A DNA stretch of 64,000 nucleotides from Burkholderiales bacterium. Its GTDB lineage: Bacteria > Pseudomonadota > Gammaproteobacteria > Burkholderiales > SG8-39. Location: NCBI GenBank assembly GCA_035499575.1, contig DATJYN010000115.1, positions 16,221 through 80,220 of the forward strand, given 5' to 3'. Below the pieces are notes generated by a model. That model was not told the DNA's origin. It worked only from the letters and a program-made list of their open reading frames with translations, and did not search any database. The stretch's first letter is position 1, and every line of letters starts with the position of its first letter. The position numbers were made by a program, and so were the translations under genes. This document shows, piece after piece, positions 10,754-20,370 of this stretch.

Positions 10754-12316
10754 GTGGACGCCGAGGTCCTGATCGTCGGCGCCGGCCCGACCGGGCTGAT
10801 GCTGGCCAACCAGCTCGGGCGGCGCGGCGTACGCACGCTGATCGTCGACCGGCATGGCGGACCGGCGCGCGAGACGCGGGCGCTCGGCGTGCAGGCGCGC
10901 ACCCTGGAGATCTACGCGAAGCTCGGCATCGTCGACCGGGCGCTCGAACTCGGCAAGCGCGGCACGGGCGCCAACCTTTGGGCGCAAGGACGCAGGATGG
11001 CGCGCGTCCCCTTCGGGCAAGCCGGGCAAAGCACAACCCCGTATCCATACATTCTCGTACTGGGCCAGGACGACAACGAACGGATCATGGGCGACAAGCT
11101 GCATGACTGGGGCATGTCCGTGCAGTGGAATACCGAACTGGTCGGCCTCGAGCAGGAGCCCGGCCATGTCAGCGCGACTCTGAAGTCCGCCGACGGCGGG
11201 ACCCGGAAAGTCGCGGCCGCGTGGCTCGCCGGATGCGACGGCGCGCATAGCGCCGTGCGTGAACTGAGCGGCATCGGCTTCCCGGGCGCCGCCTACGAGC
11301 ACGTGTTCTTCGTCGCCGATACGGAAGCGGCGGGAACGATGGTGCCAGACGAGGTGAACGTCTACCTCTGGCAGCAGGGCTTCCACCTGTTCTTCCCGAT
11401 GCGCGGCAAGGACCACTGGCGGATCGTCGGCATCCTGCCCGCCTCGCTGCGCGGGCGGCAGGACGTGAAATTCGAGGACGTGATGCCCTCCCTGCGTGGC
11501 GAGGCGGGCGCAGAATTGGCGTTCAAGGCCTGCACCTGGTTTTCCACCTACCGCATCCACCACCGCAGTGCAGATCGCTTCCGCGACCGCCGCTGCTTCC
11601 TGCTCGGCGACGCGGCGCACATCCACAGTCCGGTCGGCGCGCAAGGCATGAACACAGGGCTGCAGGACGCCTACGACCTGGGATGGAAGTTAGCTCTCGT
11701 CGCCCAAGGCCGGGCGGATGCCGCGCTGCTGGATTCCTACGAGGAAGAGCGCATTCCGGTCGCGCGCCGGCTGCTGAAGTCCACCGACCGGGGCTTCACG
11801 CTGGCCGTGTCCGACAGCTGGCTCGCCGGCTTCTTTCGCACGCGGATCATCGCCCGGGCGGCCGCCTTTGCGATGAGCCGCAAGTCGGTCCGGAACTTCG
11901 CGTTCCGCGTGGTTTCACAGACCGGCATCCACTACCGCAAGAGCAGCCTGTCCAGCTCGACCGAGAAATTGCCTGAGGGGGCTCCGCACGCAGGAGATCG
12001 TTTCCCCTGGTTGAAGCTAAAGCTACGGCCGAACGGCGCCATTGAAGATCTATATCAGGTGCTAGATGACATGCGGCTCAACCTGGTTGTCGTCGGGCAG
12101 CCATTACCGCCGAGTCTGGCGGAATTTGGCGAACTGCTGCAGATCCATGGAATACCCACGGACCCGGCCAACGACGCGGAACTCGCCCACGCACGGATTC
12201 CCCAACCCTCCTTCTACCTGCTGCGTCCCGACGGACATATCGGCCTGTGCGGGCTTCGCCTGGATCCCGCCGCGGTGTCGCGGTACCTCTCCGAGCGCCT
12301 GCGAATCCGCAGCTGA
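10754..12316 (+). CDS. FAD-dependent aromatic-ring monooxygenase (PHBH/PheA-TfdB-like) with C-terminal thioredoxin-like domain
   Basis: 520 aa, GTG start. FAD dinucleotide fold VLIVGAGPTGLMLA at residues 5-18 and the FAD-ribityl motif GDAAHIHSPVGAQGMNTGLQDAYDLGWKL. Confidence 0.85.
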   Translation: MDAEVLIVGAGPTGLMLANQLGRRGVRTLIVDRHGGPARETRALGVQARTLEIYAKLGIVDRALELGKRGTGANLWAQGRRMARVPFGQAGQSTTPYPYILVLGQDDNERIMGDKLHDWGMSVQWNTELVGLEQEPGHVSATLKSADGGTRKVAAAWLAGCDGAHSAVRELSGIGFPGAAYEHVFFVADTEAAGTMVPDEVNVYLWQQGFHLFFPMRGKDHWRIVGILPASLRGRQDVKFEDVMPSLRGEAGAELAFKACTWFSTYRIHHRSADRFRDRRCFLLGDAAHIHSPVGAQGMNTGLQDAYDLGWKLALVAQGRADAALLDSYEEERIPVARRLLKSTDRGFTLAVSDSWLAGFFRTRIIARAAAFAMSRKSVRNFAFRVVSQTGIHYRKSSLSSSTEKLPEGAPHAGDRFPWLKLKLRPNGAIEDLYQVLDDMRLNLVVVGQPLPPSLAEFGELLQIHGIPTDPANDAELAHARIPQPSFYLLRPDGHIGLCGLRLDPAAVSRYLSERLRIRS

Positions 12317-12319
12317 GCG

Positions 12320-13456
12320 TCAGCGGCGGTTGCTGCCGGCGACGATGGCGAACTCGAACAGCCGGCACTCGAGCGCGCCGTTGAAGAGCGGCACGCGGCG
12401 CGCGGGCAGCAGGCGCACCAGCTTCGGCAATCGCATGTCGGCGGTAAATAAGTGGCAGCGCCAGCCCGGGTAGTTCTTCTTCAGCACGCTGCCCAGCTTC
12501 GGGTAGAACTCCGCCAATTCTTCCTTGGAACCAATGCGTTCGCCATAAGGCGGGTTGGCGATCATGACGCCGGCGGACGCCGGCGCCGTTCTCTCGAGGA
12601 TGTCGGCTTGCTCCAGCTTCACCCAGCGATCCACGCCGGCGGCGGCGATGTTGCGCCGCGCGTCGTTCAGCACGCGGGGATCGTGGTCGCTGCCAAATAT
12701 TTGCAGGGATTTGGGGGGGCTTTTCGAATGGCCGTCCTTTTTCACACGCTCCCACAACGAAGGATCGTATGACTTGAGCTTCTCGAATCCAAAGTGCCGG
12801 CTCGCCCCCGGCGCTCTGCCGCGCGCCATCGCCGCCGCCTCGACCAGCAGCGTAGCGCCACCGCACATCGGATCGAGCAGCGGCTCTTCCGGTTTCCAGC
12901 CCGAGAGCAGCACCAGGCCGGCCGCGAGATTCTCGCGCAGCGGCGCTTCGCCCGCCCCAGCGCGCCAGCCGCGCTTGAAGAGAGGCTCGCCAGAGGTATC
13001 GAGGTAGAACGCGCCGCGCGCGGCCTCGAGGAAGGCATGCACCCTGACGTCGGGGTTGGCGCGGTCGATGTCCGGGCGGCTGCCCAGCGTTTCGCGGAAG
13101 CGGTCGCAGACCGCGTCCTTGATCCGGAGCGTGGCGAAATCCAGGCTCGTCAACGGGCTCTTCTGCGCCGAGACGTTGACCCGCAACGTGCGATCCACCG
13201 CGAACAGGCGCATCCAATCCACTTTGCGAGCGGCCTCGTGGAGATCGCTATCGTCGCGGTAGTCGAACTCGGCCACGCGCCAGAGCACGCGCGAGGCTAT
13301 GCGCGACCAGAGATTGGCCGCATAACAGACACGCCAATCGCCGGCGAAAGCGACGCCGCCGGGAACGGCGGCGGCATTCCTCGCGCCCAGACCGGTGAGC
13401 TCGGCCGAGAGCAGCGGCTCCAAGCCGCGCGGCGCGGAGGCGAAGAAATGCTCCAT
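12320..13456 (-). CDS. THUMP-domain class I SAM-dependent RNA methyltransferase (RlmL N-terminal-half-like)
   Basis: Start at MEHFFASAPRGLEPLL (CAT 13454-13456). SAM-binding DPMCGGATLLVEAA and catalytic NPPYGERIG motifs. 378 aa. Confidence 0.85.
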   Translation of the reverse strand: MEHFFASAPRGLEPLLSAELTGLGARNAAAVPGGVAFAGDWRVCYAANLWSRIASRVLWRVAEFDYRDDSDLHEAARKVDWMRLFAVDRTLRVNVSAQKSPLTSLDFATLRIKDAVCDRFRETLGSRPDIDRANPDVRVHAFLEAARGAFYLDTSGEPLFKRGWRAGAGEAPLRENLAAGLVLLSGWKPEEPLLDPMCGGATLLVEAAAMARGRAPGASRHFGFEKLKSYDPSLWERVKKDGHSKSPPKSLQIFGSDHDPRVLNDARRNIAAAGVDRWVKLEQADILERTAPASAGVMIANPPYGERIGSKEELAEFYPKLGSVLKKNYPGWRCHLFTADMRLPKLVRLLPARRVPLFNGALECRLFEFAIVAGSNRR

Positions 13457-13878
13457 TACCAGGGCTTCAGTACGACGAGCAGGACGATGCCGACCAGGAC
13501 CGCGACCGGGAACTCGTTGAACCAGCGGTACCAGAGGTGGCTGCGGGCGTTGCGCTCCTTGCGGAAATCGATCATCAGCTTGCCGCACCAGGCGTGGTAG
13601 GCGACCAGCACTGCGACCAGCGCGAGCTTGGCGTGCAGCCACAGACCCGCGCCCTGGAACCAGCCCAGCCAGAGCCAGAGGCCGAACAGGATGGTCATCA
13701 CCGCGCCGGGCGTGGCGATGCCCCAGTAGAGCTTGCGTTCCATCAGCTTGAAGCGCTCGATCGAGATCCGATCCTGCGCCTGCGCGTGATAGACGAAGAG
13801 GCGCGGCAGGTAAAGCAGCCCCGCGAGCCAGGTCACCATGAAGACGATATGCAGCGATTTGACCAGCAACATCATCAT
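13456..13878 (-). CDS. hemJ: Protoporphyrinogen IX oxidase HemJ
   Basis: 140 aa with 4 TM segments. Its beginning (LLVKSLHIVFMVTWLAGLLYLPRLFVYH) and the WLHAKL segment are typical of the HemJ/UPF0093 family as I recall it. Confidence 0.82.
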   Translation of the reverse strand: MMMLLVKSLHIVFMVTWLAGLLYLPRLFVYHAQAQDRISIERFKLMERKLYWGIATPGAVMTILFGLWLWLGWFQGAGLWLHAKLALVAVLVAYHAWCGKLMIDFRKERNARSHLWYRWFNEFPVAVLVGIVLLVVLKPW

Positions 13879-14483
13879 TTCCAGCCGTTCCGGATAATCG
13901 CGCGCAGGATGTTCAGGCGGCGATGGAAGAAATGGTCGGCGCCCGGCACCACCACCACCGGCAGGTCCTGCGGCAGCGCCCAGGCCAGCACATCCGCAAG
14001 CAGCACCGTCGTGTCCACTTCGCCGTGGATCAGGATCGTGTCCGGCGGCACGGGCATTGCCTCCAGATGCTTGACGGCGAGACCGACGAGAGCCATCCGC
14101 GAGGGCGGGTTTCCCTCCTTTGCAAGGCGCTGCGCCAGCTTCGTCTGCACGGCCGCGCCAAACGAAAAACCGGCCAGCACCGGCCTGTCGGCCTTCAGCT
14201 GCGCGAGCACCGCAGCCAGGTCGTCGACCTCGCCGCGGCCCTCGTCATGCACGCCCTCGCTTGCGCCGACGCCCCTGAAATTCGGGCGCCAGGCGGTGTA
14301 GTTCAACTCGACGAACGCTCGGGCCAACGTCTGGACCACCTTGTTGTCGAGCGCCCCGCCGAACAGCGGGTGCGGATGGGCGACCAGCGCGACGCCGCGC
14401 GAGTTTCCGCCCTCGGGTTCATCGACGGCGCATTCTATTTTTCCAGCCGGCCCCGCGATGAATTCGCGCCGCGCCAACGGCAT
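13875..14483 (-). CDS. Alpha/beta-fold hydrolase, function unknown
   Basis: 202 aa. HPHPLFGG near the N-terminus, a nucleophile-elbow-like GFSFG and a C-terminal PGADHFF are consistent with a small alpha/beta hydrolase. ATGA overlap with hemJ. Confidence 0.7.
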   Translation of the reverse strand: MPLARREFIAGPAGKIECAVDEPEGGNSRGVALVAHPHPLFGGALDNKVVQTLARAFVELNYTAWRPNFRGVGASEGVHDEGRGEVDDLAAVLAQLKADRPVLAGFSFGAAVQTKLAQRLAKEGNPPSRMALVGLAVKHLEAMPVPPDTILIHGEVDTTVLLADVLAWALPQDLPVVVVPGADHFFHRRLNILRAIIRNGWK

Positions 14484-14794
14484 CAGATGCGCAGCCGCTC
14501 GACGATGCGGCCGTGCTCCAGGTGCTCCTCGACAATTTCATCGATATCGGCACGGTCGACGTAGGTGTACCAAACCGCTTCCGGGTAGACGACGATGCAG
14601 GGACCTTCCTCGCAGCGGTCGAGGCAGCCGGCCTGGTTGACGCGCACCTTACCCTGCCCGGCCAGTCCGGCTTCCTTGACGCGTTTCTTCGCGTAATCGC
14701 GCAGTTCCGAGGCGCCCTTGGCGTTGCAGGAGGGCCGGTCGTTGCCTTCGCGCTGGTTGCAACAGAAAAAAATGTGGCGTTCGTAATACGACAT
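14483..14794 (-). CDS. Thioredoxin-like [2Fe-2S] ferredoxin
   Basis: 103 aa. The Cys pattern FFCCNQRE...PSCNAKG...AGCLDRCEEGPC is typical of thioredoxin-fold 2Fe-2S ferredoxins. Confidence 0.8.
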   Translation of the reverse strand: MSYYERHIFFCCNQREGNDRPSCNAKGASELRDYAKKRVKEAGLAGQGKVRVNQAGCLDRCEEGPCIVVYPEAVWYTYVDRADIDEIVEEHLEHGRIVERLRI

Positions 14795-14815
14795 GCGTCA
14801 ATTTTACCGGAGCAC

Positions 14816-15868
14816 CTAGCGTCGCCGTGCGGCGAGATAGACCAGATACACCAGCGCAGCGAACGGCCAGGCCGCCGACACCAGCCGCGTCAGGCCGTTG
14901 AAGTTCAGGAAATGGCCTTGCGCCCACACCTTGAGTGTCTCCGTGAAATACGGGTTCGGCGGCGAAAGATTCACCAGCACGGTCGCAGCCATCAGCAGCG
15001 CCGCGGCTGCCGCAAGGCGAGCGACGCGCGGCAGCTGCAACCCGGCGTACGCCAGCGCGGCGCCCGCCGCGAGACCGAACTGCGCGCCGGGCGTCAGCCA
15101 GGCCAGCACGTGCTCTGCCTGCATGAGGATTGCGAAGGCGAGCGTCTTCACCGCCAGCGCGAGCAGGATGAATACCGCCAGCAGGCGGCGCACCGGCGCA
15201 CCCTCGCGCACGCACGCGGAAGCCAGCAACGCCACCGCGGCAAGGTTTGCCGCCGTCGTCACGGTTTCGACGTAGACGAAGAGCTCCGCTTCGTGCCGCT
15301 CGCCCACCGCGCCGGCGAACAGATCGCGCAAGTCGCCGGTGCCGAACAGCAGCGTCGCGGGATTGAGCTGGGCGAATAGCCACAGCCCGAGCAGCGTCAG
15401 TCCCAGGTCGGCGGCGGCGCCAGGTGCGAGCGCCTCGGCGCGCAGGCGCTGCAGCGGCCCGCCGGCGAGCAGAGTCGACGAGAAAAGCCCGCCCGCCATT
15501 GCGCCGGCGGCCGCGCCGGCGACGTTCGCGATGACGTCGAGATTGGAGGGGATGCGGGCCGGGAGGAAGCTCTGTGCAGTCTCCAGCGAAAGCGAAAGCA
15601 CGGCGCCGGTCAAAACCGCAGCCGATACGGCCGCCGGCACCCTGAGGCGCGCACCGGTCGCCAAGACGCACAACAGGCCGTAAGGAACGTAGCCGAAGAA
15701 GTTCGCCGCCATATCGAAGGCCGTGACATAACGCGGCCAGGGCGCGCCGACGAAGGCAAGCACCGGGCCGCCGGGATCCCGCCAACCGGAGAGCGGGTAG
15801 AGCGACGCGTAAACGACGAGCAGAACGTAGACAGCGAGGAGGAATCTCGCGAGAGGGGAGTCGCGCAA
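14816..15868 (-). CDS. VanZ-like polytopic membrane protein
   Basis: The VanZ-type motif ETAQSFLPARIPSNLDVIANVAGAAAG lies in the N-terminal third, and the rest is hydrophobic. The track ORF extends to 15997 but would overlap the symporter, so I place the start at the in-frame TTG at 15868 (start uncertain). Confidence 0.6.
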   Translation of the reverse strand: MRDSPLARFLLAVYVLLVVYASLYPLSGWRDPGGPVLAFVGAPWPRYVTAFDMAANFFGYVPYGLLCVLATGARLRVPAAVSAAVLTGAVLSLSLETAQSFLPARIPSNLDVIANVAGAAAGAMAGGLFSSTLLAGGPLQRLRAEALAPGAAADLGLTLLGLWLFAQLNPATLLFGTGDLRDLFAGAVGERHEAELFVYVETVTTAANLAAVALLASACVREGAPVRRLLAVFILLALAVKTLAFAILMQAEHVLAWLTPGAQFGLAAGAALAYAGLQLPRVARLAAAAALLMAATVLVNLSPPNPYFTETLKVWAQGHFLNFNGLTRLVSAAWPFAALVYLVYLAARRR

Positions 15869-15869
15869 C

Positions 15870-17306
15870 CTAGCTCTTGCGGTGTTCGTGGGCGACGGTG
15901 CGCCCTTGTGGGATGAGCGAACCCATCGCCATGCCGAACACTGAAAACACCAGGCCGACCAGGGGCGACGGCACCGTCGCATCCGGAGCCACCGCATCCG
16001 CGATCAGCCAGGCGACGAGCCCGAACACGGCGGACAGGATGGCGCCCGCGTTGTTCGCGCGCTTCCAGAAAATGCCGGCGGCGAGCGGCACGAAGGCGCT
16101 CACCAGGGTCACGGTATAGGCATTCTGGACCATGTCGTACATGGTCCTCTTGGAATTGAGCGCGAACAGCAATGCCGCCAGCGTGAACGAGACCAGGACC
16201 AGGCGCAGCGTCAGCAGGAACTGGCGGTCGCTCATGCGCGGGAAGCGCGGCTTGATGATGTTCTCGGTGCACAGCGAGCTCGGCGCGATGATCGCGCCGC
16301 TCGCCGTCGACAGGATCGCTGACAGCAGGGCGCCGAAAAACAGCACTTGGATCCATAGCGGCGTCCTGCTCAGGATGAATGACGGCAGGATCCGCTGCAT
16401 CTCTCGCGCGTCTTCAGTGGACAGCAGATTGCCGAGCGACGGGTCGATCATCAAGCCCGCGTAGACGATGTAGATCGGCACGAAGGCGAAGCTGAAGTAG
16501 ACGGCGCCGCCGAGAAGCGTGCCGAGAATCGCCGTTTTCTCGTTCTTGGCGGAAGTCACGCGCTGGAAGATGTCCTGCTGGGGAATGGAGCCGATCGCCA
16601 GCGTAAGGAAGGACGTAACGAAGGCCAGCCATTCCTTGGTGCCCGCCTTGGGCCAGAATTCGAAGCGGCCCGCCTCCGACGCGGCAGCGAGGACCTTGCC
16701 CGGTCCGCCGGCCATGTCGCCTACGACCCAGGCGATCAGCACCACGCCGACGATGATCATCACGGACTGGAACAGGTCGGTCATTGCCACCGACCACATC
16801 CCCCCCCAAATTGTGTAGCCCAGCACCACTGCGGAGCCGAGGATGATGCCGTTCTCCAGGGAAATCGTTCCCCCGGTGAGGGTGGAGAAGGCGAGGCCCA
16901 GCGCGGTGAGCTGCGCGGCCGTCCAGCCGAGGTACGAGACGGCGATGACGACGCTGGTACCCAGCTCCATCGTGCGTCCGTAGCGCTTGCGGTAGAAATC
17001 GCCGATCGTGAGGAGATCCATCCGGTAGAACGCCCGCGCGAAGAACAGCGCCACGATCACCAGGCAGAAAGACGAGCCGAACGGGTCGGCGATGATGCCG
17101 CCCAGCCCCGTCTTGGCGAACTCCGCGGATACCGACAGCACGGTTTCCGCGCCGAACCAGGTAGCGAATACCGTCGCGGTGTTCATGTAGAGCGGCAAGC
17201 TCCTGCCGGCCACCACGTAGTCCTTGGAATTCTGCACGCGCCTGGCGGCCCACAGACCGATGCCGATCGTGACAAGCAGGTACAGGACGACAAATGCGAT
17301 CAGCAT
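15870..17306 (-). CDS. Sodium:solute symporter family transporter
   Basis: Start at MLIAFVVLYLLVTIGIGLWAARR. About 13 TM segments with SSF-like sequence (DYVVAGRSLP, FATWFGAETV). Substrate not inferable. Confidence 0.85.
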   Translation of the reverse strand: MLIAFVVLYLLVTIGIGLWAARRVQNSKDYVVAGRSLPLYMNTATVFATWFGAETVLSVSAEFAKTGLGGIIADPFGSSFCLVIVALFFARAFYRMDLLTIGDFYRKRYGRTMELGTSVVIAVSYLGWTAAQLTALGLAFSTLTGGTISLENGIILGSAVVLGYTIWGGMWSVAMTDLFQSVMIIVGVVLIAWVVGDMAGGPGKVLAAASEAGRFEFWPKAGTKEWLAFVTSFLTLAIGSIPQQDIFQRVTSAKNEKTAILGTLLGGAVYFSFAFVPIYIVYAGLMIDPSLGNLLSTEDAREMQRILPSFILSRTPLWIQVLFFGALLSAILSTASGAIIAPSSLCTENIIKPRFPRMSDRQFLLTLRLVLVSFTLAALLFALNSKRTMYDMVQNAYTVTLVSAFVPLAAGIFWKRANNAGAILSAVFGLVAWLIADAVAPDATVPSPLVGLVFSVFGMAMGSLIPQGRTVAHEHRKS

Positions 17307-17322
17307 GGCAGGCGCATCATAA

Positions 17323-18813
17323 TCAGAACAGAAACACCCCCACAAGAACCACGCCGGCCGCCAGGACGGCGACCAGCGCGGCCAGCAAGTCGTTGCGGCG
17401 CCGGTTCTCCGCCGCGAGGCGCTCCAGATCGGTGCGCAATTCCACCATACGATCCTCCGCCAGCAGCCGGTGCAATAGGCGCGGAAGCACCGGCAGCGTC
17501 TGTGCCCAGTACGGCGCTTCGCGCCTGAGCGCGCGCAGCAGGCCGCGCCAACCTACCTGCTCGCTCATCCAGCGCTCGAGGAAGGGTTTGGCGGTCCGCC
17601 AGAGGTCGAGGTCGGGATCGAGTTCGCGGCCCAGGCCCTCGACGTTGAGCAGCGTCTTCTGCAACATCACCAGCTGCGGCTGGATCTCGACGCCGAAGCG
17701 GCGCGAGGTCTGGAACAGGCGCAGCAGCAGCCTGCCGAAATAGATCTCCCTAAGCGGCCGCGCGAAGATCGGTTCGCAGACGGCGCGGATCGCGGCCTCG
17801 AAATCGTCCAGCCGCGTGCCGGCCGGCACCCAGCCTGCGTCCAGGTGCGCCTGCGCCACGCGCCGGTAGTCGCGGTTGAAAAAGGCGAGGAAGTTCTGCG
17901 CCAAGTAGCTTTTATCCGTTTCGGACAGCGTGCCCATGATGCCGAAGTCGAGCGCGATGTATTTGCCGCGCGTTTCCCCCTCCGTGGATACGAGGATGTT
18001 GCCGGGATGCATGTCGGCATGGAAAAAACCGTCGCGGAACACCTGCGTGAAGAAGATTTCCACGCCGGCACGCGCGAGCGCCGGGATGTCGACGCCTTTC
18101 TCCCTCAGGATCTCGACCTTGGAAATCGGCGTGCCGCGCATGCGCTCCATCACCATCACGCGCTGCGAGCAATAGTCCCAGTACACTTTCGGCACCGCGA
18201 GCAGCGGGGATTGCTCGAAATTGCGCCGCAACAGCGATGCGTTCGCCGCCTCGCGGACCAGGTCCAGTTCTTCATCGAGGTGGCGAGCGAATTCGGCAAC
18301 CACTTCGCGCGGCTTCAGCCGCGGCCCGTCCGCCCAGAAGCGCTCCAGCAAGCCGGCCGCCGTTTCCATCAGCAGCACATCCTCGGCGATCGCCCGCTCC
18401 ACGCCCGGCCGCAGTACCTTGACCGCGACTTCGGTGCCGTCCTTCAGCACACCCAAGTGCACCTGCGCGACAGATGCGCTGGCGACGGGCTCTTTTTCGA
18501 ACTTGCCGAATGCTTGCTCAATCGTCTTGCCCAGCGATCGCTCGACCTCACCGGCGGCAAGCCCGGCGTCGAACGGCGGCACCCTGTCCTGGAGCTTCGC
18601 AAGCTCGTCAGCGATGTCCGCGGGCAGCAGGTCGCGCCGCGTGGACAGTATCTGCCCGAACTTGACGAAGATCGGACCCAGCGTCTCGAGCGCTTCGCGC
18701 AATTGCTTGCCCCTCGTCGGATCAGGTTCGCCCGCGAAGCGCGGCAGGAAACGGTACAGGCGAAAACGCAGGCCGACGTGCAGGATGCGAACGAGGCGCA
18801 GCAGGTTGCCCAT
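17323..18813 (-). CDS. ubiB: Ubiquinone biosynthesis protein kinase-like UbiB
   Basis: 496 aa, ABC1/ADCK family ([33 protein letters not shown]) with a C-terminal TM segment. It follows ubiE and ubiJ. Confidence 0.93.
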   Translation of the reverse strand: MGNLLRLVRILHVGLRFRLYRFLPRFAGEPDPTRGKQLREALETLGPIFVKFGQILSTRRDLLPADIADELAKLQDRVPPFDAGLAAGEVERSLGKTIEQAFGKFEKEPVASASVAQVHLGVLKDGTEVAVKVLRPGVERAIAEDVLLMETAAGLLERFWADGPRLKPREVVAEFARHLDEELDLVREAANASLLRRNFEQSPLLAVPKVYWDYCSQRVMVMERMRGTPISKVEILREKGVDIPALARAGVEIFFTQVFRDGFFHADMHPGNILVSTEGETRGKYIALDFGIMGTLSETDKSYLAQNFLAFFNRDYRRVAQAHLDAGWVPAGTRLDDFEAAIRAVCEPIFARPLREIYFGRLLLRLFQTSRRFGVEIQPQLVMLQKTLLNVEGLGRELDPDLDLWRTAKPFLERWMSEQVGWRGLLRALRREAPYWAQTLPVLPRLLHRLLAEDRMVELRTDLERLAAENRRRNDLLAALVAVLAAGVVLVGVFLF

Positions 18814-18814
18814 C

Positions 18815-19393
18815 TCAGCGGCCGAGCCGGTCTACGCGCTTTTCCAGGCGCTCCAGGGCATCGCGCAGTCGAGCCTGCGAGCTGCCGATCTCGTCCAATT
18901 CTGCGCGTATGACCAGCAAGGGCTTTTCTTCGGTCGCATATTCGACCAGGGCCTCGGCGACGCGCTGCGCCGCATCGACATGCCAGGCCGCAACCCCGCG
19001 CGCAAGTCGGCTAACGCGGCGGGCCGCGACGTCGCCGACGACTTTGGCGACCTCCTCCTCCACGTCCCAGCGCAGGTGGCGGAACAAGAACATGACCTCG
19101 TTAGCCAGGCGCGCATTGCCTTCGATCCGGATCGCGCGCAGGAAATGTGCCTCGCCTTTTAGCGCGGCGGCAGGCGCATCCGGACCGACGGTGATGACCA
19201 GCGACGGGTTTGCCGCCACGTCGGGCGGGGCCGCCAGCCTGCCCTCGGGCGTGACCGTGAAGCGCAGCGCCGGCAGCGGCGACAAGCGCAACTCCAGCGC
19301 TTCGCCGGCGAACGGCGCCAGGCGCTCGCGCGACCAAGGCTCCGAATCGAGCAGGAAATTCAGGCCGGCGGCGAAGGGTGATTCAAATTTCAT
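18815..19393 (-). CDS. ubiJ: Ubiquinone biosynthesis accessory factor UbiJ (SCP2 domain)
   Basis: 192 aa located between the Tim44-like gene and ubiB. SCP2-like N-terminus ([25 protein letters not shown]). Confidence 0.75.
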   Translation of the reverse strand: MKFESPFAAGLNFLLDSEPWSRERLAPFAGEALELRLSPLPALRFTVTPEGRLAAPPDVAANPSLVITVGPDAPAAALKGEAHFLRAIRIEGNARLANEVMFLFRHLRWDVEEEVAKVVGDVAARRVSRLARGVAAWHVDAAQRVAEALVEYATEEKPLLVIRAELDEIGSSQARLRDALERLEKRVDRLGR

Positions 19394-19418
19394 GAGTTAG
19401 ATGCGGGGTCGAAAATGC

Positions 19419-19444
19419 GAAAGGCCACCCTGAGGTGGCCTTTC
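19419..19444 (-). terminator. Intrinsic-terminator-like hairpin between the Tim44-like gene and ubiJ
   Basis: GAAAGGCCACC / loop / GGTGGCCTTTC, an 11-bp perfect stem. On the minus strand it is followed by GCATTTTCG, and on the plus strand by GTTTTA. Confidence 0.55.
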
Positions 19445-19465
19445 GTTTTAAAGCCAGATGGGAGA

Positions 19466-20335
19466 TTAATGCATCTGCTGGATGCCGGCGAGTTGCCAGC
19501 CGCCCGGGCCGTTGACCGGCTTGGCGAGGTTCCACACCTCCTCGAAGCCCTGCGGTGCGTCGCCCGGCGATTCGCGCAGCGTCCCCGAGAAGCGGATGCT
19601 GGCCCAATGCTTGTCGCCCTCGGTGACCACTTCCAGCAAATCGGCATTCAGCGCCAGCACGTCCGTGTGCTGCTTCGCGCTGCCGCGCTGGATCACGTCC
19701 TTTCTCAGCTCCTCGAATAGTTCGTCGCTGGTGAATTCACGCAGCTCTTCCAGGTTGCCCTGGTCGTTGGCGATTTGCAGGCGCATGTAGTTCAGCTTCG
19801 CGCTCTTGAGGAAACCGGCGACATCGAAGCCGTCGGGAACGTTCGTGCGCGCGGGTTGCTCAGTACTCTTCACGTCAAAACCCGCCGCTTGCGAGGGGGG
19901 CGGTGCAGCGACTGTTTCGCTTCCAATACCCGCGTATTGGAACCGCTGTGGCGCCTCGCCGCGCTTCTGCGTCAACAGGCGCATGACGGCGATCATCGCA
20001 AATACGAGCAATCCCGCCAGCAGCATGCCGACCAGGGCGCCGCCCATGCCGTTGGCGCCCATCAGCCAGCCAAGCGCGCCGCCGAGGGCAAGCCCGCCCA
20101 GCAGCGGAGCCCACCGGGATAAACCGCTGGCCGGTTGCGGCTGAGCGCCAGCGGGCGTTGAGGCGGGCGCGGCCTGCTGCGCAGGCTTGGCCGGCGCGGC
20201 CGCGGGCGGTGCACTGGTAATGCTGCGCTGGGAACCGATCGAACGAGACCCGCCGAGGCGCTTGGCGTCGGCATCGGTGGCGATGAAGGCCGCGCACAAC
20301 AATGCGGCGGTTAATCCGAGTAAAAACCTCGTCAT
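19466..20335 (-). CDS. Tim44-like domain protein (membrane-anchored)
   Basis: 289 aa: signal/anchor, a Pro/Ala-rich linker, a TM segment, then a C-terminal Tim44-like domain (FLKSAKLNYMRLQIANDQGNLEELREFTSDELF...WNLAKP). Conserved ubiE-Tim44-ubiJ-ubiB synteny as recalled. Confidence 0.78.
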   Translation of the reverse strand: MTRFLLGLTAALLCAAFIATDADAKRLGGSRSIGSQRSITSAPPAAAPAKPAQQAAPASTPAGAQPQPASGLSRWAPLLGGLALGGALGWLMGANGMGGALVGMLLAGLLVFAMIAVMRLLTQKRGEAPQRFQYAGIGSETVAAPPPSQAAGFDVKSTEQPARTNVPDGFDVAGFLKSAKLNYMRLQIANDQGNLEELREFTSDELFEELRKDVIQRGSAKQHTDVLALNADLLEVVTEGDKHWASIRFSGTLRESPGDAPQGFEEVWNLAKPVNGPGGWQLAGIQQMH

Positions 20336-20370
20336 GGTGTACCTTGGGTGTCTGTAAGCTAAATGTCAGC

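Noticed and set aside
8464-11644. Several 340-370-aa minus-strand ORFs antisense to pilT, pilU and the monooxygenase gene
   Set aside because: They have no recognisable domains and a biased Arg/Ala/Asp composition. They are fully covered by well-supported plus-strand genes.
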